Assembly (NCBI GenBank): GCA_040222015.1
Contig: JAVJWO010000170.1
Span: forward strand, 1 to 64,000
Direction: 5' to 3'
Length of the DNA: 64,000 nucleotides
Origin: Coleofasciculus chthonoplastes F2-STO-03
GTDB lineage: Bacteria; Cyanobacteriota; Cyanobacteriia; Cyanobacteriales; Coleofasciculaceae
Shown: positions 29,438-39,961 of the stretch, piece by piece
How the letters are laid out: each line of letters starts with the position of its first letter
Position numbering within the stretch: position 1 is the stretch's first letter
Notes under the pieces: generated by a model
What the model was told of the DNA's origin: nothing
Databases searched by the model: none
What the model saw: only the letters and a program-made list of their open reading frames with translations
Translations under genes and position numbers: made by a program

Positions 29438-29613
29438 AATATCTAAGGACAAATTTAGATATTCGATGACTACGGATAATTCTCCTGATGAATGTCTTTA
29501 AGCTATTTGTCAAAAGTTGAGTCATGGTATCATCTTCATCGGATCAGCTAGGATAATATAGGATTATATTACAATACGCAATATACTTTCAACCTCTTTA
29601 TCAGTTTTATTAA

Positions 29614-30897
29614 ATGCAGGTTTTACATCTGAGTACATCTGACATTAGTGGTGGCGCTGCTATTGCGGCTTACCGCCTCCATCAGGGACTCCAGCATCTT
29701 GGTGTCACATCGCAAATGCTAGTGGGAAAGAAATCGAGTGACGATAAAACAGTATTTGCTCCCAAATCCAATTTCAGTAAGGCGTTGGGTATCTTGAAAC
29801 CAACGTTAGACTGCTTACCCTTGAGATTTTATCCAGGTTGCGATATCACTAGACTATCTTTGTCTCTGGAGTGGCTCCCTGATAGACTTGCCCCTAAAGT
29901 GGCTCAACTAACTCCTGATATCCTCAACCTACATTGGGTTTGTGGTGGCTTCTTAAGAATTGAAACCTTAGCTAAGTTGAATCAACCCATCGTCTGGACA
30001 CTCCATGATATGTGGGCGTTCACCGGCGGGTGTCATTATAACCAGGATTGCGATCGCTATACCAGCTCCTGTGGTAATTGTCCTCTCCTCCAAAGCGGTA
30101 ACAATTGGGATTTATCCCACTGGGTATGGCAGCGTAAAGCCAAAGCATGGCAAAATATCAATCTGACTCTAGTGACACCGAGCCACTGGTTAGCCAAATG
30201 CGCCAATTCTAGTTCCCTATTCCAGGATAGGCGAGTCGAGGTGATTCCCAATGGTCTCGATACTGAACAGTATAAGCCCATGGATAAACGCTTAGCCAGA
30301 GAACTCCTCAACTTACCTCAGGATAAACAACTCATTCTATTTGGAGCAATAGGGGCGACAAGCGATTCCCGCAAGGGATTTCATCAACTTCAACTAGCCT
30401 TAAAGCATCTGAGTCAATCCGGATGGCAAGAAAATACAGACGTCGTTGTTTTTGGCTCATCTAAACCTGAAAATTCTATTGATTTAGGTTTTAGAACTCA
30501 TTACCTTGGCTATTTTCACGATGATATTGCTCTAGCACTTGTCTATTCAGCCGCCAACGTCATGATTGTGCCATCAACTCAGGAAGCGTTTGGTCAAACA
30601 GCTTCTGAGTCTCTCGCCTGTGGCACACCCGTTGTTTGTTTTGATTCAACAGGTTTAAAAGATATTGTTGAACATGAGAGAAATGGTTATCGCGCCAAGT
30701 GTTTTAGCGCTGAAGATTTAGCTAATGGAATAGCTTGGGTTTTGCAAGACGGAGAGCGTTGGCAACATCTTTCACGTCGAGCTAGAGAAAAAGTCGAGCA
30801 AGAATTTACTCTTGAGCTTCAATCTTATAGATATTCTAAATTATATGAAGAGATTTTACATTTTGGGGATAGAGAAGGTATTAAATCTTCCAACTGA
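29614..30897 (+). CDS. GT4 glycosyltransferase (WcaC-like)
   Basis: GGAAIAAYRLH, WTLHDMWAFTGGCHY, C..CP.L, EAFGQTASESLACGTP. Confidence 0.93.
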   Translation: MQVLHLSTSDISGGAAIAAYRLHQGLQHLGVTSQMLVGKKSSDDKTVFAPKSNFSKALGILKPTLDCLPLRFYPGCDITRLSLSLEWLPDRLAPKVAQLTPDILNLHWVCGGFLRIETLAKLNQPIVWTLHDMWAFTGGCHYNQDCDRYTSSCGNCPLLQSGNNWDLSHWVWQRKAKAWQNINLTLVTPSHWLAKCANSSSLFQDRRVEVIPNGLDTEQYKPMDKRLARELLNLPQDKQLILFGAIGATSDSRKGFHQLQLALKHLSQSGWQENTDVVVFGSSKPENSIDLGFRTHYLGYFHDDIALALVYSAANVMIVPSTQEAFGQTASESLACGTPVVCFDSTGLKDIVEHERNGYRAKCFSAEDLANGIAWVLQDGERWQHLSRRAREKVEQEFTLELQSYRYSKLYEEILHFGDREGIKSSN

Positions 30898-31297
30898 CTT
30901 TGGTTTAAAGGCACACTACTTAGGTCAACTACGAGATACTCTCTCCCTAGCCCTCGTCTATTCTGCCCCTGATGTCTTTGTTGCCCCCTCTGTTCAAGAT
31001 AACCTGCCCAATACGATAATGGAAGCGATCGCCTGTGGAACCCCTTGCGTTGCTTTCAACATTGGGGGTATGCCTGATATGATTGAACACCAGCAGAATG
31101 GCTATTTAGTTCAACCCTACGATAGCGAGGAATTAGCCCACGGAATTACTTGGGTGCTGCAAGATGAACAACGTAGACAAGCTCTCTCCCATCGAGCCAG
31201 AGAGAAGTTTGAGCAAGAGTTTACCCTAGAGATCCAATGCCACAACTATGTAAAACTGTACGAGGATATCGTACAAATATCTGGTCTGTCTGGATAG
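30896..31297 (+). pseudogene. C-terminal remnant of a second WcaC-like GT4
   Basis: DFGLKAHYLGQLRDTLSLALVYSA aligns with DLGFRTHYLGYFHDDIALALVYSA of the upstream gene; DNLPNTIMEAIACGTP present; no N-terminal domain. Confidence 0.8.
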
Positions 31298-31327
31298 TTT
31301 GAACAGGGGTCTCCGGTACTTCTTATA

Positions 31328-31452
31328 ATAGCGCTACGCGCTCGGCAATGGGCAATAGGCAATAGTGAAGACAAAAGCTAAGCTTACCTTACAAGGGATT
31401 GAGCGTATTTTAATTTTTCTTCATTTGTCCTAACCTTAGTGCGTAGTGCTAT
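31328..31452. mobile_element. MITE-like element containing GGCAATA heptamers
   Basis: TIR ATAGCGCTACGCGCT/AGTGCGTAGTGCTAT. Confidence 0.7.
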
Positions 31453-31502
31453 ACTTTTACTGTACTATACTTAGATTAGTTTCGATGAATTACACAGACA
31501 AT

Positions 31503-31682
31503 TATCGCTCTTCTGTCACTTTCGGAAGGGCGAAGCCTGAAACCCTTACAGTAATAGAGTTTGACAACTTGCCCCTAAGACATTAGTTTATATCAGTTTC
31601 TAAACCCCCAAATGCTTTGCAGCCATGGCTTTCAGCAATCAGGTTTGGTATTTCGTTTCCCAGAGTGACAATAGAGCGTTAT
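31503..31682. mobile_element. MITE-like element with long imperfect TIRs
   Basis: TATCGCTCTTCTGTCACTTTCGGAA vs reverse complement of TTTCCCAGAGTGACAATAGAGCGTTA; abutted by another repeat end TATAGCAATCCTAAAT. Confidence 0.68.
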
Positions 31683-31754
31683 AGCAATCCTAAATAGATT
31701 GTGGCAAAATTCCATACTTAAAAATCTTTTGGAAATCGAAATAAAGGTATCAAA

Positions 31755-32678
31755 ATGAGTATTCCCATTGTAATATTTCATGTTGGCTATAGAGACTACC
31801 TAGAGCTAGCATTAACAACGGCTAAAAAATATAACAAAGATGTTCTACTGATAGGTGATGAATCAAATCAAAGCTCATGGGATTTCCATTTAATGAAAGA
31901 CCAATTAATGTCTTCGCTGTATCAAGATTTTTTAAAAAAATACACTAAGATGTCATCTTTCGATTCAGAATACGATCTGTTAATCTTTGAAAGATTTTTT
32001 TGCTTGAGGGAATGGATGAAGAACAATCAGATAAATGAAGCTTGGTTACTAGATAGTGATGTAATTAGCTTTAATAATTTTGCAGAAAAATATTCAATAT
32101 ATTTAAAAAATAGTATTGCCGCTTTAAGCATTCCTTATACTCAAAAAGATTATAGATGGTCAGCATCTGGACATACTTCTTATTGGACATTTGAAGGGAT
32201 TACCTCATTTACAGATTTTTGCCTTGAAACCTACAGTAAAAATTCAAGATTACTTCAAGAGAAATATAACTGGCATATTAAAAATAATATTCCTGGCGGA
32301 GTATGTGAAATGACATTACTCTATCTATGGGCAAAAGAAAGAACAGATGTGTTTAATACAGCTCAGGTTTATGATGAAATGACTCTTGACCATAGTATCA
32401 GTATTTCAGAAAATTTTTCTTTAAATGAGTATTCTGTAACTATTGGGGGAATTAAACATATTAAATTTAAAGAGGGTTTTCCTTACTGTTTTAATAAAAA
32501 AATAGGGAAAGATATAGCTTTTTTATCCTTGCATTGCCAAGGAAGTTCAAAAAAGTATATGTATTTTTTTGCTAATGATCGTTTGCAAGATTTTTATCAG
32601 TTAGCGATTATCCGGCACTTAGTGCGTTTAGTGCGTCCTCAGCGCGTTAGAAATAAAATCAAGAAACTACTCAAATAA
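31755..32678 (+). CDS. Hypothetical protein, probable GT-A-like nucleotide-sugar transferase
   Basis: FERFF, LLDSDV (DxD), CEMTLL, LHCQG; located in the EPS cluster. Confidence 0.6.
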   Translation: MSIPIVIFHVGYRDYLELALTTAKKYNKDVLLIGDESNQSSWDFHLMKDQLMSSLYQDFLKKYTKMSSFDSEYDLLIFERFFCLREWMKNNQINEAWLLDSDVISFNNFAEKYSIYLKNSIAALSIPYTQKDYRWSASGHTSYWTFEGITSFTDFCLETYSKNSRLLQEKYNWHIKNNIPGGVCEMTLLYLWAKERTDVFNTAQVYDEMTLDHSISISENFSLNEYSVTIGGIKHIKFKEGFPYCFNKKIGKDIAFLSLHCQGSSKKYMYFFANDRLQDFYQLAIIRHLVRLVRPQRVRNKIKKLLK

Positions 32679-32827
32679 AGATCTAAATTAAACTTGCTCT
32701 CCTATAGTAATCCTAAATATAATGCTCTTTGGGTTAGTTGTAAATAGCAAAGAATCCAGCAATTGTCAAAACCAATGTATGCTATGTCTATACTTATCTT
32801 ATGTGGTTTTCACAGAAGTCCTGAACT

Positions 32828-33706
32828 ATGAATCGCGATCGCACGGCTGTACTGATGACCTGCCATAACCGCAAGCAAAAGACATTAGCCTGTCTGGATG
32901 CGTTGTTCAACCAAGTCATTCCCCCACAGGTGGTGCTAGATGTCTATTTAGTCGATGATGGCAGCACCGATGGCACCGCTGAGGCAATACACCAATCTTA
33001 TCCTCATGTCAAAATTATCCAGGGTGATGGCAATCTCTATTGGAACCAGGGAATGCGGAAAGCCTTCGCTGAGGCGATGAAATATGACTACGACTACTAT
33101 ATATGGCTCAACGATGATACCCTGCTTTACCCAGACGCGCTATCTTCCCTTTGGACAACCTCTCACAACCTAGCGAAACAAGGGCATGACAAAGCTATTA
33201 TCGTTGGTTCCGCGCACCACCCAGACACAGGCAAACTTACTTATGGGGGAGTGGTGCGAAATACTCGATGGCATCCCTTTAAATATCGTAAATTAGAACC
33301 GAGTAGAAAACCTCAACAGGCGGAAACGCTAAATGGGAACTGTGTATTGATCCCTCGTATCGTTGTTCAAATCTTGGGAAACTTAGATCCAGCCTTTAGC
33401 CATAGCATTGGCGACACTGACTATGGCTTGCGAGCACAACGCCAAGGATGTAGTGTTTGGGTTGCACCCGGATATGCTGGGAAATGTCAGACAAACCCTC
33501 CTCAAGGACACCCTTGGTTTGATCCCCAGTTTACGTTAAGACAGCGATGGCAAGCCGTAACTCATCCCAAAGGTTTACCTCCTAAAGAATCGAGAGTCTT
33601 TTGCCAGCGTCATGCAGGTTGGTTATGGATCTTCTATTGGGTGCTACCTTATATCAGGTTGGTTGTAAGTTCGGTAACGAGAAATTTAAACTCTCATAAA
33701 ACATGA
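32828..33706 (+). CDS. GT2 glycosyltransferase
   Basis: TCHNRK, VDDGSTDGT, WLNDD, GDTDYGLR. Confidence 0.93.
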   Translation: MNRDRTAVLMTCHNRKQKTLACLDALFNQVIPPQVVLDVYLVDDGSTDGTAEAIHQSYPHVKIIQGDGNLYWNQGMRKAFAEAMKYDYDYYIWLNDDTLLYPDALSSLWTTSHNLAKQGHDKAIIVGSAHHPDTGKLTYGGVVRNTRWHPFKYRKLEPSRKPQQAETLNGNCVLIPRIVVQILGNLDPAFSHSIGDTDYGLRAQRQGCSVWVAPGYAGKCQTNPPQGHPWFDPQFTLRQRWQAVTHPKGLPPKESRVFCQRHAGWLWIFYWVLPYIRLVVSSVTRNLNSHKT

Positions 33707-33791
33707 ACTCAAAGGAATTAATGAAAAATAGAGTTTTAATAAAATAATCAATCTAGTTTAGTTTTCCAGGATTATCTGAGGTGTATTTTAA

Positions 33792-34949
33792 GTGAATAAA
33801 ATTAATGATTATCGCATAGCTTGGCTGCTTCCCTCACTATCACGGGGCGTCTATTGGCAACCGGTTTTGAGCGAATTCACGAAGAGATTTAACCAAACAA
33901 CCATTTACACAGGGGATTGGTCGGATTTCACCCCTGGATTTGAAGGGTCATTTAGCGTTGAAGTTGTAGGACAAACCAAATTTGTCAAAACCGAACTTTC
34001 ACAGGTGGGATATAGCAGCGGTTTCTCTTATGTCTCTCCAAAAATCGTCAGTCATCTCCTCAACTATAAACCGCACGTCATTTTTGCCCATTCTTTTTCT
34101 GTGTGGACACTCTTAGCTGTTCTGTTCAAACCCTTGGGCGGATGGAAATTGATTATTGCCTATGATGGCAGTTCTCCAATTATTGATCGTCGCAATTCAA
34201 AGCTTCATTTATTATACCGACGAATAATTGTGCAGATGGCAGATGCCTTGATTACCAATTCGCAAGGAGGAAAAGATTATTTGACTGAGGTGCTGGGTGC
34301 TAGAGAAAATAGTGTCTTTGCCCAGCCCTATCAAGTACCCAACCCGAAGGCATTATTGGGACAGGTAGAAGAAGCCAAGTTAAATCTTCCTCAATTACAG
34401 CACCCTATCTTTATGTTTAGTGGTGTAGTACAGGTCAGAAAAGGACTTCGTTTTCTACTAGAAGCTTGCAACATACTACAAAGGCAAGGATATCAAAACT
34501 ACACCTTGTTGATTGTTGGAGATGGACCTCAAGGAAAGGAACTCAAGGAGTTTGTTAAAAACCAGGATTTAAGCGATCGCGTTTATTGGGCTGGATGGGT
34601 AGAATATGGTAAGTTAGGTAATTATTTCCATCAAGCTGATGTTTTTGTTTTTTCCACGTTAGAAGATATTTGGGGGATGGTGGTGTTGGAAGCAATGGCA
34701 TTTGGAAAACCAATCCTTTGTTCCAAATGGGCGGGTGTCGCTGAAATGGTAATGGAAGGGGAAAATGGTTATATTTTTGATCCCCATAATCCCCAGGAAC
34801 TCGCTGAATTGATGCAACGTTTTCTAAAAAATTCCACTCAAATCAGATCTATGGGAAACAAATCCCAGCAGCTTATTGCTCCCCACACTCCTGAATCGGT
34901 AGCCGAATTCCTAGAAGAAGTTACATCTTTCGCCTTAGGTATCAGTTAA
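33792..34949 (+). CDS. GT4 glycosyltransferase
   Basis: RKG, VGDGP, EDIWGMVVLEAMAFGKP. Confidence 0.93.
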   Translation: MNKINDYRIAWLLPSLSRGVYWQPVLSEFTKRFNQTTIYTGDWSDFTPGFEGSFSVEVVGQTKFVKTELSQVGYSSGFSYVSPKIVSHLLNYKPHVIFAHSFSVWTLLAVLFKPLGGWKLIIAYDGSSPIIDRRNSKLHLLYRRIIVQMADALITNSQGGKDYLTEVLGARENSVFAQPYQVPNPKALLGQVEEAKLNLPQLQHPIFMFSGVVQVRKGLRFLLEACNILQRQGYQNYTLLIVGDGPQGKELKEFVKNQDLSDRVYWAGWVEYGKLGNYFHQADVFVFSTLEDIWGMVVLEAMAFGKPILCSKWAGVAEMVMEGENGYIFDPHNPQELAELMQRFLKNSTQIRSMGNKSQQLIAPHTPESVAEFLEEVTSFALGIS

Positions 34950-35075
34950 TCAGATTATAAACGTAAAAAGTAAAGTTGAGAACAAGAAGTGAGTATATCA
35001 AAACAAAAAAACAAGCCCAGACAGTCACATCAAAATGGTTACAGGATTAGATAATCGTTCAATTTATGAGAGAGT

Positions 35076-37376
35076 ATGAGAGAGATAGACATGATAATTA
35101 TTCAACATTTAATAAATCTAATTTGCTTGACTGTAATTTTAGTAAGCCCACTACCTTTATGTTTATCTATTGCTTTTATTGATTTATCTGAAAATTATAA
35201 GAGCTTTCAAAAAAATACGAAAAAACAGTTATTTTTTAGCAAATTAATCTTAATAATTGCAACGGGATGGTGTGCAATATCGACGGCATTATGCCTTTTT
35301 CTAGGAATTCTAGGATGGTTGAAACTAAACTATGTTATATATTTTGATATTGTTTTATTCATTAGTGGTAGTCTAATTTTTAGACATCTTAAAATTAATA
35401 AGATTTGGTCATTATACTTTCAACGCATAGTCACTATTTTTTCGTCTCTTACAAAAACTGAATTGCTAATTCTAAGTTCAATCAGTTTTGTCGGACTTGT
35501 TCTCATAGAACGATCAGTAACTAGACCACTGATAGATTATGATTCTTTATGGTATCACTTACCTAATATGGTCAGTTGGTATCAATCATCGTCATTGAAA
35601 ATGATAGATCCTATTAACGAAATAGTGTTTGATGAAACGATTCGCTATCCTTACAATTGGGAATTATTATCGACCTTATTAGTAATACCCTTTAGAGAAG
35701 ATTTTTTGGTAACGCTTACCAAGGTACTTGCATGGTTTATTTTAGGAGTCTCTATCTATAGAGTTAGCATTCAATTGGGAGCAAGTAGACTTTATAGTCT
35801 AGGGGCCTCTTCCCTTATTTTAACTATGCCATTTATGCTCTTTAATGTGAATACAATGCAAATTGATATTCCTTTATCTGCATTTTTTATAGCTAGTTTA
35901 TCTTTTGCAATAGATTATATTGATAATCGCAAAATATCGGATCTATGGATGTTAGGTCTGTGTTTAGGAATGCTATTAGGTATAAAAGCTAGTAGTATTA
36001 TGTATGCTGGACTAATAACTACAGTGATTGTCGTTAAATGGGTATTTAATATTGCTTTATGTCGTCGCTCAGGTAACTTTATCTTTAATCTTGATATTTA
36101 TCTTGAAAATACAAAGAAATATTTTCAAGATAAATTAATCATTTTTGGGTCAATCACATTTTGCTTGTTTGCTGGTTTTATTGGTGGTTTTTGGTATATC
36201 AGAAACTTAATAGAATTAGGTAATCCTCTGGGTTATGTAGAAATTAATTTAGCCAATTTTCAATTATTTCCAGGACTATTAACGACAAAAGATCTCAAAT
36301 TAACCTCCTTGGCTAATTTGTTTGAAATAACCAACTTATCTCATTGGCGAATTATAGGCATACAAGCTTTAGTGAGATTGCAGATTCCTTTTCTAGCCAT
36401 TATATTGCAATTTTTAGCTGGTTTATATGTTGTGATGACCCGAAAAATTAAACTTCAATATTTATCATCTATGATTATCATAACGGCATTACTTATTGTA
36501 ACCGGATGGTTATATTGGAATACACCAGGTAGTGGTGCAGCAACGTGGGGAAAAGAACAAGAGATTACCGCTTTTGTCGGACATGAATTTAGATTTGGAT
36601 TTTCTTTTCTCAGTATCTTGGGTATAGCCGCTGCGCTCAGTGCAACTATAACTAGAACTTGGGGAAAAATTATCCTAATTATTATTAGTCTTAGTACTTT
36701 GATGGGTTTAGTTTTCTATACTACATTTGAAATAGTTAAGGCAGCAACTTTTATAAGAAATCTATGGGCAAGTAACTTAATCAAACTATTGGTACAAGCT
36801 CCAAATCATTTTTTAGATATTATTGATGATATAGGGATACATCATATCTTCAATATTGGAGTATATATACTTTTGTATATAGGATTAATTTTTTTGATAT
36901 ACAGTCACCCAAAAACGCAATTTTTCAATCGCTTTAATCCAACTTTGTCACAAAAAACTACTAAGGGGCTCATTAGCATCATTTGTTTATTAATCCTGAC
37001 AACAACCACTTTTGTATTAAAAGAAAGACGAGATATGCTGCGGAAAGAATTTTATGGTGAAATCTATAGCTTTATTGAAAGCAATATATCTCAAGAAGAA
37101 AAAATTGGGTACTTTTTGAGTCAACAAAGTTACCTTTTTTATGGAAAAAACTGGGATAGACAAGTTGTCTATGTTGCACCTAGCAGTGCAGATACTTCCG
37201 CTCAATGGGTTAACGAACTTCAAAACAGAGAAATCAGCTTACTAGCCGTAGGTCCAGTGAAAAATCAGTATCAGTCAAGTAGAGAACTTGATTGGTTAGA
37301 AGCGCCCAACGGATCTTTTGTTCGTGTTGTCGGTGAAGATTTTAAGAGAGAGTCAGTAATATATCGCCTGAATTAA
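35076..37376 (+). CDS. Large polytopic membrane protein, probable GT-C (ArnT/PMT-like)
   Basis: DYDSLWYHLP, RYPYNWELL, WYIRNLIELGNP; many TM segments and a C-terminal soluble domain. Confidence 0.65.
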   Translation: MREIDMIIIQHLINLICLTVILVSPLPLCLSIAFIDLSENYKSFQKNTKKQLFFSKLILIIATGWCAISTALCLFLGILGWLKLNYVIYFDIVLFISGSLIFRHLKINKIWSLYFQRIVTIFSSLTKTELLILSSISFVGLVLIERSVTRPLIDYDSLWYHLPNMVSWYQSSSLKMIDPINEIVFDETIRYPYNWELLSTLLVIPFREDFLVTLTKVLAWFILGVSIYRVSIQLGASRLYSLGASSLILTMPFMLFNVNTMQIDIPLSAFFIASLSFAIDYIDNRKISDLWMLGLCLGMLLGIKASSIMYAGLITTVIVVKWVFNIALCRRSGNFIFNLDIYLENTKKYFQDKLIIFGSITFCLFAGFIGGFWYIRNLIELGNPLGYVEINLANFQLFPGLLTTKDLKLTSLANLFEITNLSHWRIIGIQALVRLQIPFLAIILQFLAGLYVVMTRKIKLQYLSSMIIITALLIVTGWLYWNTPGSGAATWGKEQEITAFVGHEFRFGFSFLSILGIAAALSATITRTWGKIILIIISLSTLMGLVFYTTFEIVKAATFIRNLWASNLIKLLVQAPNHFLDIIDDIGIHHIFNIGVYILLYIGLIFLIYSHPKTQFFNRFNPTLSQKTTKGLISIICLLILTTTTFVLKERRDMLRKEFYGEIYSFIESNISQEEKIGYFLSQQSYLFYGKNWDRQVVYVAPSSADTSAQWVNELQNREISLLAVGPVKNQYQSSRELDWLEAPNGSFVRVVGEDFKRESVIYRLN

Positions 37377-37393
37377 ATTGTGAAAACCGGACA

Positions 37394-37496
37394 TAAGCTG
37401 TTCTGCGTTTAAGCCATAATGAAAAGAATTGTGAAACTCTTGTTGTTCAGCTATCTTGGTTGTTTCCCATTCCAAATTTAAATGTATGACAGCTTA
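37394..37496. mobile_element. MITE-like element between convergent genes
   Basis: TAAGCTGTTCTGCGTTTAA / TTTAAATGTATGACAGCTTA; related single ends near 17663 and 59616. Confidence 0.6.
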
Positions 37497-37578
37497 CTCT
37501 TATTAAATATTTAGGTATATTCCTAGAGTAAGGTGATACACAGTTCTACTTCAACACGATGGTATAGATGAATCAGCC

Positions 37579-38511
37579 CTATTCTTGAAGATATCCATAG
37601 GCAAACAACAAAGGTAAAGTTAAGGCTGTTGATACAAATTTTTCCCTTGTTTCCAACTTTTCTTTCCATTCCATATCTGCTCTAATACAAATAGGTCCTT
37701 TCTCGAACCGTATAGGATTACCCAAAATAGCATGTACCTCAGTTCGGTTAAGGCTTTGATCTGTCAAACAAGAAAATTTACAATTATCGATATTTAAATT
37801 AGTCATAATATTTGCTAATATAGTCTTTGGTTCCTTGACAAAATCTTCATAGCGAACCAGTTGATAACTAGGAGAAAAAGATTTTAGTGAGTAAGTTAGA
37901 ACATTTCTAACACTCCATTGAAGAGAGCTTTGAGCCGTATTTTGGGTTGGCATATAGTCCTCTTTTTCTTGAGATTGGGTGATCAACTTCTTTCTTTGCC
38001 AAGAGTAGGCTACAGCTCGACTATCCCGAACTAAATGAATAATATTGAGTTCAGTATTCTTTGCTAAACGCAAAGCATGTAGATAGGATGGAGATTTAGA
38101 AGAGTCTAATATAATTCGGGTGTTTGATATCTTGTGAACCGCATTGTATAACTTGCTTAATATATCTACATAGATATTCAATTCTCTACTATATTTGGGT
38201 GTTCTCAGCCACGGAATCGCGATAGAAGGAGTAAAAATAGCCCGATCTACTGACAATTTAAGTCTCATAATTTCATCAGCATTGACGTTATGCATACCGC
38301 CAAAAGCTTCATCAAATACATCATTCCAGAATCGGCAATGTTTAAAGGGAGTGTGACAACTACAAAGGAGATTCTTCCGAAAACCCGCATCCCACACATG
38401 ATCTAACTCTCCCACGGACACAATATTTTCTTCTTGTCCTAATATTTTATCTAGTAAAGTACTGCCGCTCCGACCCGCACCTGCAATCGCTAATATTTTT
38501 ACTGTTGTCAC
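37579..38511 (-). CDS. Sulfotransferase (PAPS-dependent)
   Basis: 5'-PSB GAGRSGST, DSSK, 3'-PB VRDSRAVAYS, RYEDF. Confidence 0.92.
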   Translation of the reverse strand: MTTVKILAIAGAGRSGSTLLDKILGQEENIVSVGELDHVWDAGFRKNLLCSCHTPFKHCRFWNDVFDEAFGGMHNVNADEIMRLKLSVDRAIFTPSIAIPWLRTPKYSRELNIYVDILSKLYNAVHKISNTRIILDSSKSPSYLHALRLAKNTELNIIHLVRDSRAVAYSWQRKKLITQSQEKEDYMPTQNTAQSSLQWSVRNVLTYSLKSFSPSYQLVRYEDFVKEPKTILANIMTNLNIDNCKFSCLTDQSLNRTEVHAILGNPIRFEKGPICIRADMEWKEKLETREKFVSTALTLPLLFAYGYLQE

Positions 38512-38699
38512 GATTGTTTCTTCCTATTCAATCCTAATTCAGCAAACGTGCCACTATAAATGTATATATAAGCACAAATCAAAAACTAGACAAGGAGACA
38601 TACCCACTTGTGTTCATCCTGATGTTATACTATAATATACGTCAGAATTAGTCTCTGAAGCAAAAAAATTATGAACTTTTTTTTCGTTAGGTGGTGACA

Positions 38700-39806
38700 A
38701 TGAGGATTTTTCATGTTGGAGCTTCGCCTTTACATGAAACGGTAAATGGAGCCAATACCACCATCTGGCAAATCGCGAGGGAGCAAGTTCGCCTAGGACA
38801 CCAAGTTTTCCTACTGCTACATGATCCACCTAGTCAGGCAGCATTGACTTGGGCGCAACAGGTTGGCTTAGAACTGGTTCATGTTCCAGCAACAACTTGG
38901 CGCTATGCTCCTGATAAATTAGAGTCAGTACTCAGTGAGCAAACGCCTCAGATTATACATATGCATTCCGTGTTTCTCCTGAAACAAGCTACCCTAGCGA
39001 GAACTCTCGTCCAGAAAAGGATTCCTTATCTGATTACTCCCAACGCCATCGATTCCCAACTTCTCCGGCGTGGCTGGCTGAAGAAGATCCTTTATAGCTG
39101 GCTGGTGGAAAAGCCTAGATTTTATGCTGCTGCAGCAATTGTCGGGGTAACACCAAAAGAGGCGGAAGCGATACGTGCTTTTGTACCAGGTTACCAAGGT
39201 ATAGTTCCTTCGATCCCTAACCCGATAAATACCGATGATCTAGAAGGGTATCAATGGCAAGGAAATGTCACAAGAAAGCGATTGGTTTACCTGGGTCGCT
39301 TTGATGTACTTCACAAAGGTATAGACATATTAATAGATATTGCCCGCTGGTTGCCAGATGTTGAAGTTCACCTTTATGGTAGTGAAGATAAAAGAACGAA
39401 ACCATGGCTAGAACGACTGAAGCGTGATCTGCCACCAACAGTTTACTTCCACGATCCGGTTTTTGGAGTAGAGAAAGGCAAAATCCTTGCTGAGGCTAGC
39501 CTTTATATTCAAACATCTCGTTGGGAAGTTTTTGGGGTTTCAATAGCTGAAGCGATGGGTATTGGTATACCTTGTGCTATTTTAGAAACACTTAACCTGG
39601 CTGAACTGTTCCAGAAGCACGATTTAGGTCTGGTGTTACCTTCACATCCCCAAGAAGCTGCGAGCCTTTTGAGGGAGGTACTTAACCAGTCCAGCCATCT
39701 TCAGAAATGGTCAGAACGAGGGCGAGATTTTGTTCAAAATTATTTCTTACCCAGTCAAGTAGCATCAGAATATCTAACACTTTATCAAAAGATAGTTTTT
39801 GCCTAA
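38700..39806 (+). CDS. GT4 glycosyltransferase
   Basis: LGRFDVLHKG, SRWEVFGVSIAEAM. Confidence 0.92.
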   Translation: MRIFHVGASPLHETVNGANTTIWQIAREQVRLGHQVFLLLHDPPSQAALTWAQQVGLELVHVPATTWRYAPDKLESVLSEQTPQIIHMHSVFLLKQATLARTLVQKRIPYLITPNAIDSQLLRRGWLKKILYSWLVEKPRFYAAAAIVGVTPKEAEAIRAFVPGYQGIVPSIPNPINTDDLEGYQWQGNVTRKRLVYLGRFDVLHKGIDILIDIARWLPDVEVHLYGSEDKRTKPWLERLKRDLPPTVYFHDPVFGVEKGKILAEASLYIQTSRWEVFGVSIAEAMGIGIPCAILETLNLAELFQKHDLGLVLPSHPQEAASLLREVLNQSSHLQKWSERGRDFVQNYFLPSQVASEYLTLYQKIVFA

Positions 39807-39868
39807 AACTTTTGGGTTATAAATTAAATTCTTAACTAAGAGAGGTGATTGTCGAAAAGCTTTCAGTA

Positions 39869-39961
39869 TATAGCGTTTTCATTTGATATGTAAAAAAGCA
39901 ACCCTTGCCCAGTAAGGCTTCCAGTGCTTTGGTTGTACACGAATCATCTGAAAACACTATA
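39869..39961. mobile_element. 93-bp MITE (copy 2), supplies the stop codon of the GT47 gene
   Basis: Same TIRs and core as 27637-27729. Confidence 0.85.
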
